The notes beneath the pieces were generated by a model. It did no database searches. It saw only the letters and a list, made by a program, of their open reading frames with translations, and was not told the DNA's origin. Below are positions 1 to 9,187 of a stretch of 64,000 bases of DNA, in pieces. The stretch spans positions 23,115-87,114 of the forward strand of contig CAMOSO010000027.1 in assembly GCA_946624925.1 (NCBI GenBank), given 5' to 3'. The DNA is from an uncultured Bacteroidales bacterium (GTDB lineage Bacteria > Bacteroidota > Bacteroidia > Bacteroidales > UBA3824). Every line of letters starts with the position of its first letter. Position 1 is the stretch's first letter. Position numbers and translations under genes: made by a program.

Positions 1-1092
1 GTACCAGCCATCAAAGCGGTGAGTGCCGTCGCCTGTTGTGGATGGTAGTTTGGAGACATCTATCGATTCGTTAGCAAATAAATATTGGTGGCTCTCAGTA
101 CCATATTGGGTTTCAAAAACTACATAGTATGGAGTCTCGACCGACCATTGCAAATAGACAGGGTCTGATAGATTTCCAGCCTTATCTTTCGTTGTCAATG
201 TCCATACTTCACCATTTACATCATTGGTTATTGGATATACAGCACCATTCTCTTGCCAACGCGTAGTTCCTATGTAAATATACTCTAAATCACTATTGGA
301 CGTTACGCCATCTGGTCGTGTATTATCTGCGTGAAATGTTATATCTGTACGATTAGCTATCCGAACCACTGTCGGGTTTTCAAGATCGGTGCTGATGTTA
401 TTTATAGTTTTCTCTACACCGTCAAACATGTATGTGAAATACGGCGCGGATGGCTTAGTCTTGTCTATCTTGACGGTGTGTGTGGTGGAATGGATGATGT
501 TGTTGTTGGCGTCCTTTATTGAGTAAACGACAGAGAGTTCGCCTTCGCCGGGGATTGTTTCGCCGCCTGATGAGATTTCTGTCTCATCACCATCTCCTAT
601 TTTGAGATATTCTTTGCAGCCGTTAGGAGGAGTAGTTGCGCCGCCAATACGAACTGACTTTTGCCATTCTGTTGGTAAGGAAGGAGAGTAGTCAGTGACG
701 GTAAGGGTGACGTCATATAGCAAATTGTCATCCGCATCGTATAATGATAATGTATATGGCTCATCCTTAGCCAATGTGACGTCGGTGGCGGTGGTAAGAT
801 GATAATGACCATCATCCGTTTTTTGGAGGGTGATTCCTTCATGGGTGGTGATACTACCGATGTTGTCGAGAGCGTCCAACTCCGAGATTATGACATCTGC
901 GCCGAGGCCGACGGTGAGATCTAAGTGGTTATATGTCGCATTTAGCTTCACGTTGCCAGCGGGCATGGTGAATGACCACTTATTATCTCCCAATGGGGTA
1001 GCGGTAGTCGGCGTGCTGCTCTGCGCCGTGGCATCTATCGCCGCGCCAAGTATCAGCGCGAATAATATTGTCAAAAATTTAGTAGTTTTCAT
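1..1092 (-). CDS. Secreted surface protein, 5' part only (gene runs off the window start); Listeria-Bacteroides (Flg_new/InlB-B type) repeat at the visible end
   Basis: Hand translation of the minus strand: ATG at 1092, frame open to base 1 (364 codons). It has no stop in the window, so it is absent from the ORF track. The N-terminus MKTTKFLTILFALILGAAIDATAQ is a signal peptide. The last residues YYVVFETQYG...GDGTHRFDGWY fit the F-x-GW repeat also seen in the neighbouring giant protein. Confidence 0.6.
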   Translation of the reverse strand, partial: MKTTKFLTILFALILGAAIDATAQSSTPTTATPLGDNKWSFTMPAGNVKLNATYNHLDLTVGLGADVIISELDALDNIGSITTHEGITLQKTDDGHYHLTTATDVTLAKDEPYTLSLYDADDNLLYDVTLTVTDYSPSLPTEWQKSVRIGGATTPPNGCKEYLKIGDGDETEISSGGETIPGEGELSVVYSIKDANNNIIHSTTHTVKIDKTKPSAPYFTYMFDGVEKTINNISTDLENPTVVRIANRTDITFHADNTRPDGVTSNSDLEYIYIGTTRWQENGAVYPITNDVNGEVWTLTTKDKAGNLSDPVYLQWSVETPYYVVFETQYGTESHQYLFANESIDVSKLPSTTGDGTHRFDGWY

Positions 1093-1116
1093 TGTTTTTT
1101 ATGTTTTGTTGTTAAT

Positions 1117-1352
1117 TTATTTTCGTCTATATGTTGTGTTGGTATTTAGCGTTTGTCGTTCCACCACCCATTTGTCTATCGTCCTTACATCGTTTTCGGA
1201 GGAAACATTCACTCCGATTTTGATGATTTTCCTGCCGTCGTACTTGTAAGGTATCGCGTAGTTTTTTGAATTGATTTGAGCCAGAGGAAGCCCTCGCTGA
1301 TGATTGACTCAAAACTGGCTCTGCCTGTGGGATATTTGCGTGGTGTTGCCAT
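1117..1352 (-). pseudogene. Relic of an AAA-ATPase/PD-(D/E)XK (DUF1703/PDDEXK_9-like) gene: N-terminal ~25 codons joined out of frame to C-terminal ~45 codons
   Basis: The minus-strand ATG at 1352 gives MATPRKYPTGRASFESIISEGFLW, which looks like the N-terminus of that family. A second frame gives PYKYDGRKIIKIGVNVSSENDVRTIDKWVVERQ...RRK*, ending at 1117, which looks like the family C-terminus. The several hundred codons normally between them are missing. Confidence 0.4.
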
Positions 1353-1415
1353 AATGCTTGCTCTTAAAATGTTTGACAGCAAAATTAATACTTTTTCATA
1401 AATATGCAAAAAACA

Positions 1416-4400
1416 TTAATTAGTCTCCACCTTCACTTCTTTCACGACCTTGGTGCCTTTGTATTTGATTATGATTGTTGCACCTTTGGGGGCGGTGGGT
1501 TTTCCGTTGCTGTCTTTAGGAAGGGCGCGTTCGAATTCATCGGTGAGTTCCCAGTCTCCTTCGGGGAGGGTGATTGTGTGATTCTTGTCCCACAATCCCA
1601 TCAAAACCATATTGCCAGAGCCGGGAGATACCGAAACAATGTGCAACGGTTCGTCTTTATCATACAGATATTCGTATTCATCGAAATCGTACCCAGTAGC
1701 CTTTGACCATCCACTAAAGATGTGACCCGTCCAAGTAGGTGTTTTTAACATTGTTGCTTCATCATCACTGCAATTTTCAGTCCTATAATTATCATAATAG
1801 CCGTCACTGAATTGAGCATCACCATCACCACCGTTTTCTTCAATATCATTCAAGGTGTAGAAAATCTTGAAATTGTCTTTGGTCAAATAACCATAACCGG
1901 AATATCCATCACCTGCATAGGCGTAAGTTTTGTCTTCATACCTATATTGTGAAGCAAATTCTCCGCCTTCTCCAATAAGCGAAGTGCAGCCGGTGAACAT
2001 ATTGGCAGATGCAGTAACCTTGTCGGTGCTCCAATTGTCGCCAATCAAAATGCCCGTCAGGTTGCTGCAACCATTGAACATGCTTGTCATATTGGTGACA
2101 TTAGAGGTCTTGAGGTTGCGGAGGTCGAGCGCGGTGAGCTTGCTGAATCCTTTGAACCACTGGTAGCAAGAGGTTGGTTTGATTGGGTCTGCAATTATTA
2201 CTTTTTCAATCTCGCCACTCTTATCCAACCAATCAGGAGCCACAGCACCTTCGTTGAGGGTGTACGCGCCAGTTTTGGGCTTTTTTGTATCGAAATGGAA
2301 TGTCAATGTCTTGGTATCGGCATCGTAAAGGACGTACTTTCCCTTGGTGAATGTCCATTCGGCAGCATAGATTCGGTTGCCTACTTCGTTGTCGGCAATA
2401 GCTGAGGATGCATTCGTGGCAAATGTCATATTCCCTTCGCTGTCTTGTGTCGCACGATGCCAACCCTTGAATGCGTCTTTGCTTTTATCATCCCTTGCTT
2501 TGAGAGTAGGCAACGAGACCACACTGCCGCCAGCATAGTCAGTGATGGCAGTTCCGCTCTGTATGTCCAATTGGTCAACAGATACCAAAACGAGTTCATC
2601 GTCATCTTTGTCGAGGTCGTAGAAGATTTTGTAATTGCCAGTGGTGAGATAGCCGTCTTGTTCAGTGCAGTTGGCTTTGTCAACATCATTAGTATAGAAG
2701 ATAGCGGGATTATATTTGCTGACATCGACCATCGCTCCGTAATTACCGATAAGGTTATAATCGCCTTGGAACATATTGTCTGATGACGTAACATTTCCTG
2801 TTTTCCAATTGCTGCCTACTTTAATCGTGGTAAGGTTATGACAATCTGCAAACATAAAATCCATATTTTTAACTTTTTCCGTCTTGAAATTGCTAATATC
2901 CAAAACAGAAAGGCTGCTACAATCGTCAAACATATATGACATATTCGTAACATTTTCCGTATTGAAATTGGAGACGTCAATGGATGGCAAACCTGTACAT
3001 CCGTGAAACAAATAGGACATATTTGTAACATTGTCTGTAACGAAGGAGCTTACATCCAAGGGGTGTTCGCTATCCGTTCCTAAATTAGAACAGCCGGAAA
3101 ACATATAATCAATATATTTAGTGTCTGCTGTTACAATGCCCCTCCTAACTTTGACACTTTTCAAATTCTTACAATCTTGAAACAACGCGGTATATCTGGA
3201 CAAAGGAGTAGAAGACCAAGAAGATAGGTCTATCGATTCAAGACCGCTTTTTGCAAACATTGCGTCCACATCAATCCTATTATTATTCTCCACGTCGTTT
3301 ACAATATTTGGATATTTGACCTGATTGAATGTAATGTAGGAGACATCCAAGGACTTCAGGCTTGTACACCCCTGAAACATACCGCGAAAATCATGGGCAT
3401 TTTCTGTATGGAATCCACTCAAATCAATTGTACCAAGCTTAGCACAGTCCGAAAACATGTACCTCATCTCGGTAACCTTAGATGTATTGAGCATGGTCAA
3501 ATTGGTAATACTTGTCAAATTGGTACATCCATCAAACCAATAGTTACAATTTCTTACTATTACATCCTGGAATCCATCTTCAAAAACAACATATTGAATG
3601 TCTGCCCTCTTATTGTACCAAGCCGGTCTGACATCCGTTCTATTATTACCATTGTATTCAAATGTCATCATGCTTTGCGTCAATTCAAACAACTCTCCGT
3701 CCACCACGGCAGGCTTGCTGCCTTGCTTGAAGGTAAGTGTGTTGCCGTTTAGTACGGCATAGCCGTAATTCGCAACACCCGTAAGATAGCCCGGGTCGGT
3801 ATTACCACCGTCTATCTTGGCGTAGGTCTTATCAAGATCCTTAGAGTCATCAAATTTGGTACCATTGCCACCCTCCAATTTGTCATTGCGATAGAACATA
3901 TTTTCATGAGATGTCACATTGCGAGTCTTCCAACCATCGCCAACATATATTACTTCAAGAGAAGTGGAATACGAAACCTGAGTAGTGTACAGATAAAACA
4001 TCTGCTTCATATTTGTTACGTTTTCCGTATTGAAAGATGTCAAGTCGAGCATTCTCATTTTTATACAACCAGCAAACATACTTTCCATATTGGTTACATT
4101 GGAAGTGTTGAATTTTGACAAGTCAACCATTTGCAATGCCTCACAATGATTGAACATATAACTCATGTCTGTAACATTGTCGGTATGCAGATATTCCATG
4201 CCGGTGATTTCGGTCAATTTTTCACAACCAGAAAACCATTTATAGCAAGTGACAGGTCTTGCAACGTCGAAAGACGGGTCGAAGACTACTTTTTGGATCG
4301 AGGTTGCCCACATACCCAGCCAGCCTGGGGTGGTGGTGTTGTCGGTGGGAAGGTCATAAACGGATGAGGAACTTTCGGAGCTTTTGTCTCCGACCTTGAA

Positions 4401-6245
4401 AGTAAGTTCACCGTTCCAATATACAGCGTATGCGTCGCCCACCAAATGGAGATTGATGGTGATAGGATAGTCGCTGTTGGTACTGGTCAATTTATAATTT
4501 TCACCGACGGTTGCATTATTTGTAGTGAACGTATAAGATTTACCTTTCTCGTAGTCGTATGTATTATATGTAATCCCTACCGATGTCGGGAGTGCCTGGT
4601 CTGCGGATAAAGAGACTTCATCATCAGACTTGACACCAACATAAACAGTCTCAGAGCCACCTTTGGCTGGAATATATACGTCGTCAACGAATTCGATGTA
4701 GTTGTCGGTTGACGAAAGAGTGATGACATTGCCCGTAGATGTACACACATCATCTCCTGTAGTCTGCGACATATCGTAAGTAACCTTTGCACGCTTGCCT
4801 TTGCCGACAGAAGGGGATAGGTTCAAACGGTTTGCAAAATATTCGTCCTTTTCAAAGAAAGTGATGGCAGTGGAAGTTATGGAAAAGCTATTCACCCCAT
4901 CACTATAGGTGTATTTCGGACGCTTGTCCTTAGCGTATGTCAGGATTGCCGTGCCGTCGTATTCCTTGTGGTAAGAATTGGAGAAAGAGGTTTCAGTGAC
5001 GTTGATGACTGTGAAGTCCTCAAAATATTGCTTCCAGTCAGAATAACCAGAACCACAAAGCGGGACGATAAGCGTGCTTTCACCAACATACGCTTTTTCG
5101 GAAAATGCATTCGTTCCCAACGAAGGCGCAACAATGGCTTGGCATATCAGAGTAAAACCTCGATAACCAGCATCATAACTATAAAACGCTTCTTTTCCAA
5201 TTGATTTGACGCTTGCCGGCAACGTTATTTCAGTAAGTGCCGTTGTGTAGAAAGCACCTTCACCGATTGTTTCAAGGACGCTGCCTTCTGCTATTGTAAG
5301 CGTGTTAAGCAATGAACAACCACCGAAAGCCCAATATCCTATTTCTACAACAGTGCTGGGAATTGTAACTGTTTTTATATCATGGTTATTAGTGAAGACA
5401 TGGTTGCCGATTTTTGTGACGGTATATGTGATGCCGTTTTCAGTTACGGAGGAGGGAATAATAAGATTTTCGGCCTCGGTTGCAGTTACACCACTTGCGA
5501 AACCGGAAACTGCGACTGTGGCATTGTCCAAAATTTTGTATGAAAATTTCCCATTATCGAAAATTGCTGATGGATTATCAAGACTGCGATAGGAGAACAC
5601 TGCGCCGCAAAAATAAATGATGTCTGCTGCGGGAATAGTACCCGCCGAATATAATCTTCCGTCCAAAAGATATTCATCTACAATAGTTATGGTTTTGGCT
5701 TCAATGGAGCTGCACTCAATTCTGTCATACAAAGACTTATAGCCGAGGGTAAGTGAATTGGCAATGATGGTTTCGTCATCACCTGTGGTTGATGTAATCA
5801 CGTGTCCGCCGAGGATGCTGATAGTGGCGTTGTCAGAACCAATGGTAGTGGTGGTCACTTTAAGGTGACCGTTGATGGTGAGCGTACCTTCTACATTGAT
5901 ATTATTGGCAGAGAGGGTTGCTTGGTCGGACAAAGTTTCTGTCGTGCCATAAATAGTGAGGCTTGCACCCGAAGGTATGACGATGTTGCCAGAGATGGTA
6001 AGGTCTTCATCCAAAATTAAATTGACGTCGCCCGATATTTCGAGGTCACCAGTAAGGGACGTTGCGGACGATACATAAAACCAGCCGTTGGAGAGCGGGG
6101 AGGTAATAGTACCGCTTATGTCAATTACGGACGTAGCATTTTGGCTGTTGCCGTCTTCGTCAATATAAGTATAAGTCTGCGTCTGCGCCTTGGCGGCGAA
6201 TGTTATTAGCATCGCAAGGATGCTGAAGAATAGTGTTTTTTTCAT
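1416..6245 (-). CDS. Giant BspA-family leucine-rich-repeat / DUF285-repeat cell-surface protein with Listeria-Bacteroides repeats (about 1609 aa)
   Basis: The ORF track gives 1416..6293. I prefer the ATG at 6245 (MKKTLFFSILAMLITFAAKAQ signal peptide), because the upstream extension runs through a hairpin repeat. The protein has a BspA-type LRR (IPSSVTE..IGNHVF..IPSTVVEIGYWAFGGC), about 15 'NVTNMxxMFxxC' DUF285-type repeats, and FKGW/FSGW repeats near the C-terminus. Confidence 0.85.
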   Translation of the reverse strand: MKKTLFFSILAMLITFAAKAQTQTYTYIDEDGNSQNATSVIDISGTITSPLSNGWFYVSSATSLTGDLEISGDVNLILDEDLTISGNIVIPSGASLTIYGTTETLSDQATLSANNINVEGTLTINGHLKVTTTTIGSDNATISILGGHVITSTTGDDETIIANSLTLGYKSLYDRIECSSIEAKTITIVDEYLLDGRLYSAGTIPAADIIYFCGAVFSYRSLDNPSAIFDNGKFSYKILDNATVAVSGFASGVTATEAENLIIPSSVTENGITYTVTKIGNHVFTNNHDIKTVTIPSTVVEIGYWAFGGCSLLNTLTIAEGSVLETIGEGAFYTTALTEITLPASVKSIGKEAFYSYDAGYRGFTLICQAIVAPSLGTNAFSEKAYVGESTLIVPLCGSGYSDWKQYFEDFTVINVTETSFSNSYHKEYDGTAILTYAKDKRPKYTYSDGVNSFSITSTAITFFEKDEYFANRLNLSPSVGKGKRAKVTYDMSQTTGDDVCTSTGNVITLSSTDNYIEFVDDVYIPAKGGSETVYVGVKSDDEVSLSADQALPTSVGITYNTYDYEKGKSYTFTTNNATVGENYKLTSTNSDYPITINLHLVGDAYAVYWNGELTFKVGDKSSESSSSVYDLPTDNTTTPGWLGMWATSIQKVVFDPSFDVARPVTCYKWFSGCEKLTEITGMEYLHTDNVTDMSYMFNHCEALQMVDLSKFNTSNVTNMESMFAGCIKMRMLDLTSFNTENVTNMKQMFYLYTTQVSYSTSLEVIYVGDGWKTRNVTSHENMFYRNDKLEGGNGTKFDDSKDLDKTYAKIDGGNTDPGYLTGVANYGYAVLNGNTLTFKQGSKPAVVDGELFELTQSMMTFEYNGNNRTDVRPAWYNKRADIQYVVFEDGFQDVIVRNCNYWFDGCTNLTSITNLTMLNTSKVTEMRYMFSDCAKLGTIDLSGFHTENAHDFRGMFQGCTSLKSLDVSYITFNQVKYPNIVNDVENNNRIDVDAMFAKSGLESIDLSSWSSTPLSRYTALFQDCKNLKSVKVRRGIVTADTKYIDYMFSGCSNLGTDSEHPLDVSSFVTDNVTNMSYLFHGCTGLPSIDVSNFNTENVTNMSYMFDDCSSLSVLDISNFKTEKVKNMDFMFADCHNLTTIKVGSNWKTGNVTSSDNMFQGDYNLIGNYGAMVDVSKYNPAIFYTNDVDKANCTEQDGYLTTGNYKIFYDLDKDDDELVLVSVDQLDIQSGTAITDYAGGSVVSLPTLKARDDKSKDAFKGWHRATQDSEGNMTFATNASSAIADNEVGNRIYAAEWTFTKGKYVLYDADTKTLTFHFDTKKPKTGAYTLNEGAVAPDWLDKSGEIEKVIIADPIKPTSCYQWFKGFSKLTALDLRNLKTSNVTNMTSMFNGCSNLTGILIGDNWSTDKVTASANMFTGCTSLIGEGGEFASQYRYEDKTYAYAGDGYSGYGYLTKDNFKIFYTLNDIEENGGDGDAQFSDGYYDNYRTENCSDDEATMLKTPTWTGHIFSGWSKATGYDFDEYEYLYDKDEPLHIVSVSPGSGNMVLMGLWDKNHTITLPEGDWELTDEFERALPKDSNGKPTAPKGATIIIKYKGTKVVKEVKVETN

Positions 6246-6274
6246 TGTTGTGTGTGTGTTATTGTGTTTGTTTG

Positions 6275-6297
6275 GCGGACGAGCCGTCCGCACTCCA
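6275..6297 (-). repeat. Dispersed hairpin element, copy A (TGGAGT + 7-bp stem / 3-nt loop)
   Basis: The minus strand reads TGGAGTGCGGACGGCTCGTCCGC, with a perfect stem GCGGACG/CGTCCGC. It lies about 30 nt upstream of the 6245 start codon. Confidence 0.7.
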
Positions 6298-6324
6298 CGA
6301 TGTTTTATTTATTGTATTTTTATT

Positions 6325-6392
6325 ATTCCGTGCGTTTTTTTATTCCGTGCGTTTTTTCCGTGCGTTTTTATTCCGTGCGCTCACGCACACGG
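6325..6392. repeat. Four tandem copies of TTCCGTGCG(T)5-7, followed by a short imperfect inverted repeat
   Basis: CCGTGCG occurs at 6328, 6345, 6358 and 6373 (spacing 17/13/15 nt), each copy followed by a T-run. The last copy pairs imperfectly with CGCACACGG at 6384-6392. The array lies 80-150 bp upstream of the giant surface-protein gene. Confidence 0.75.
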
Positions 6393-6912
6393 CTTGGTGT
6401 TGCCGCCCCGTTGGGGCTGGGGGTGTTGATGTAGTCGGTCAGTTCGCGGACGTCGAGTTCCATCGCATTGGCGATTTGCTCGATTGACAGCGTACCAGTT
6501 TTTGCGCAAATATAATAAATATTCACATAATTAGATATATTAATAACGGCAAATGTGTAATTTTTTTTGTTAAAAATTGGAAAAATTAACAAAAATTTAA
6601 CACTAAACGGGGTTACAATTTTTTTCTTATTTCAGAAAATAATCTTACTTTTATTTTTTTTATAAAAACTAAAACCACCATGCGACAAGCACTCCGACAT
6701 ATCGCCACACTAATCGCCGCCATCGCCCTGACGCCCGTCCCCAAGCAACTCGCCTCCTTCTCCCAAACCATCGCCACCTGGCAGGGCGCACTGCCACAGA
6801 TAGACGCATGACACTTGTAGGCATTAGGATTTGATTGATTTACTAAAAAAATCTTAAAAAAAAACATCGTATCAAAAATTCTTGCTACCTTTACGATGCA
6901 GAAATATCGACA

Positions 6913-9174
6913 ATGCAACACCTACTACGACATATTACAACCATAATCTACGCCGTTTTGCTTGCAATGCTGCCATTGGCATCGAGCGCACAGGAAGACG
7001 ACGAGGTGGCAAACGCTATCCAGCGCGAAATAGACAGCCTGCTCGCCGCCACCACCATCGACTCCCCCGACAGCGTAAAGGCGATGAACTACTACCTCGT
7101 ATCAGCCAAGACAGAATACGTGGACACATCACTCAAATATTCCACAAGGTCGCTGATGTTTTGCAAGCCAGAAGACACCACGCTCCGCGCCAAAAATTAC
7201 TGCAACATCGCCTGGGCGCACCTCGCCAACAGCGATTACAACGTCGCATACAAACAATTGAACAAAGGCATCACCCTCCTGGAACAATGCAAAGACTCCA
7301 CGCTCCTGCCCACGGCATATATGATGATGGCGAGGTTGTTCGACAATCAATTCATCGCCGACAGCGCGTTGCAATACCTAAATACTGCCCTCGACATCTG
7401 CATACGCACCTGCGACACCGCCACAATGACCATTTGCTACAATACTCTGGGCGATATGTCGTTCAACAAAAAATTCTACCAATCGGCAGAAAACTATTAC
7501 CGCAAGGCTCTGCAAATCACCACAGAAAGCGGCGACATCGCCGGCATGGCGGTATCCACACAATGGATTGGCAATATTCACATATTGTACGAAGATTCGA
7601 TACAAGACGGCACCAACCTCCGCATCGCCAAAGACCTTTTCAGACAGTCGATAGCCCTGCACGACTCCGCCAATTCAGACAATCCATATTACATACAATG
7701 CAAATACGACTCGCACGGCGACCTCGCCGACGCATACATCAAACTCGCCAAATATACCGACGACCACCGATACGCCGACAGCTGCCTTGTCTATTACAAA
7801 ATAGCCGAGCAATACTTCCTCTCTCATGGCTACGACGAATCATATCTGGATCTCAGCCGAGTATATATGCAATACCTGATGTATTATCACAAATACCGCG
7901 AGGCAGAGAAATTTCTCCTTGATTTGGAGAAGCAGTATTTCGTTGACGATACCTATGAGAGCTACAAGCGCGAACACCACCTGATGCTCAAAGAAGTGTA
8001 CCTGCAACTCGGCGACTGGCAAAAGGCATTCGCAAACCTCGAAAAAGAATACGAATACGCCTCGCGCCTCACCAACGACAGCTCTATGACCGCCCTCGCA
8101 AATTCGCAGACAGCACAGGCAATGATGATAGAGCGCATCAACCAGGAGAACGCCGAGCGCGCACACGCCGAGCGGCAAAAACGGATGTACATCATCATCT
8201 TTTCGCTTGCCATTGTCCTTGTGCTAATAGCCGCGCTCACCATCGCAATACACCGCGCATTCAAAATCAAGCAGCGTTCCAACAACGAACTCCTATTAAA
8301 AAACGAACTCCTCAACCAGCAGAAAACCGAAATCGAGGCTCAGCGCGACGAAATCGAAACCCAGAAAAACATCATCACCCAGCAATGGGAGGATGTGGAG
8401 TCCGCCAACCGCAAAATCCTCGAAAGCATCAACTACGCCCAGCGCATACAGACCGCAGCCATATCGTCCCAAAAGGAAATCGACGAGCTTTTTGGCAACA
8501 ATTTCGTATTCTACCGCCCGAGAAACATCGTGAGCGGCGATTTTTACCGCGCAGTAAGGTGCGGCAGATATTCGGTGATGATTACCGCCGACTGCACCGG
8601 ACACGGCATACCGGGCGCATTCCTCTCTATGCTCGGCATATCCGCGCTCAAAGAATATATGACCACCGAAGACGACGCCCAAAACCCCGGCATCGTACTC
8701 GACAAGATGAGGAGTTTCATCAAATCCACCCTCAATGCCGAAAACGACGACAGCCCATCCGACGGCATGGAAATGACAGTATGCTGCCTCGACTTGGAGC
8801 AGATGGAGATGAAATTTGCAATCGCCAACCAGACCGCGTACATCGTCCGCAAAGGCAAACCAATCACACTCCGGGGCGACAGAATGACGATTGGCAAATC
8901 CATCATCGAATCCAAAAATTTCAAGACTCAATCGATGCCCATCCAGCACGGCGATATGCTGTATATGTTTTCAGACGGAATACAAGACCAGATGAGTTTT
9001 GTGGACGGCGAGAGAGTAAGATTTTCGTCGCAAAGGCTGCGCTCGTTGCTCATCGAGGCGAGTCCCCTACCCGTCCGCGAACAATTCGACATCATAGAGC
9101 AAGCCGTCACCGAATGGCAGGGCGACGACCTCCAAATGGACGATATGACACTCGTCGGAATAAGAATCAATTGA
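6913..9174 (+). CDS. TPR-like sensor / transmembrane / PP2C-type (SpoIIE family) serine phosphatase
   Basis: 753 aa with a signal-like N-terminus and a TPR-like helical N-terminal half. There is a TM helix (MYIIIFSLAIVLVLIAALTIAI) and a coiled coil. The C-terminal part has SpoIIE/PP2C motifs: IVSGDFYRAV, ITADCTGHGIPGAFLSMLG, FSDGIQDQ, DDMTLVGIRI. Confidence 0.85.
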   Translation: MQHLLRHITTIIYAVLLAMLPLASSAQEDDEVANAIQREIDSLLAATTIDSPDSVKAMNYYLVSAKTEYVDTSLKYSTRSLMFCKPEDTTLRAKNYCNIAWAHLANSDYNVAYKQLNKGITLLEQCKDSTLLPTAYMMMARLFDNQFIADSALQYLNTALDICIRTCDTATMTICYNTLGDMSFNKKFYQSAENYYRKALQITTESGDIAGMAVSTQWIGNIHILYEDSIQDGTNLRIAKDLFRQSIALHDSANSDNPYYIQCKYDSHGDLADAYIKLAKYTDDHRYADSCLVYYKIAEQYFLSHGYDESYLDLSRVYMQYLMYYHKYREAEKFLLDLEKQYFVDDTYESYKREHHLMLKEVYLQLGDWQKAFANLEKEYEYASRLTNDSSMTALANSQTAQAMMIERINQENAERAHAERQKRMYIIIFSLAIVLVLIAALTIAIHRAFKIKQRSNNELLLKNELLNQQKTEIEAQRDEIETQKNIITQQWEDVESANRKILESINYAQRIQTAAISSQKEIDELFGNNFVFYRPRNIVSGDFYRAVRCGRYSVMITADCTGHGIPGAFLSMLGISALKEYMTTEDDAQNPGIVLDKMRSFIKSTLNAENDDSPSDGMEMTVCCLDLEQMEMKFAIANQTAYIVRKGKPITLRGDRMTIGKSIIESKNFKTQSMPIQHGDMLYMFSDGIQDQMSFVDGERVRFSSQRLRSLLIEASPLPVREQFDIIEQAVTEWQGDDLQMDDMTLVGIRIN

Positions 9175-9187
9175 CATAATTATAACT

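Noticed and set aside
830-1249. 139-aa plus-strand ORF and other short ORFs at 331-1409
   Set aside because: They are antisense or out of frame relative to the hand-verified 364-codon minus-strand ORF with a signal peptide. The ORFs between 1127 and 1409 are pieces of the ATPase relic.
6246-6293. Longer N-terminal extensions offered by the ORF track (6293, 21802, 21989, 45197, 46097, 49536, 53118, 59602)
   Set aside because: These either use TTG/GTG codons, run through hairpins, palindromes or promoter-like AT-rich DNA, or precede an internal ATG. That internal ATG is followed at once by a signal peptide or by the conserved N-terminus of the protein family, so I used the internal starts.
6368-6592. 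74-aa minus-strand ORF with an HTH-like stretch (GTLSIEQIANAMELDVRELTDYI) upstream of the giant surface-protein gene
   Set aside because: It starts only with a TTG inside very AT-rich, promoter-like sequence, and its C-terminal part runs through the CCGTGCG repeat array. It could be a relic of a small DNA-binding gene, but I cannot support it as a live CDS.
6882-7922. 346-aa Arg/His-rich ORF overlapping the phosphatase gene in another frame (similar cases: 8385..9179, 48061..49143, 53224..53580)
   Set aside because: The composition is extreme (R/H/Q/P-rich). It is typical of off-frame reading of GC-rich third-position codons, and the in-frame gene has clear domain motifs.
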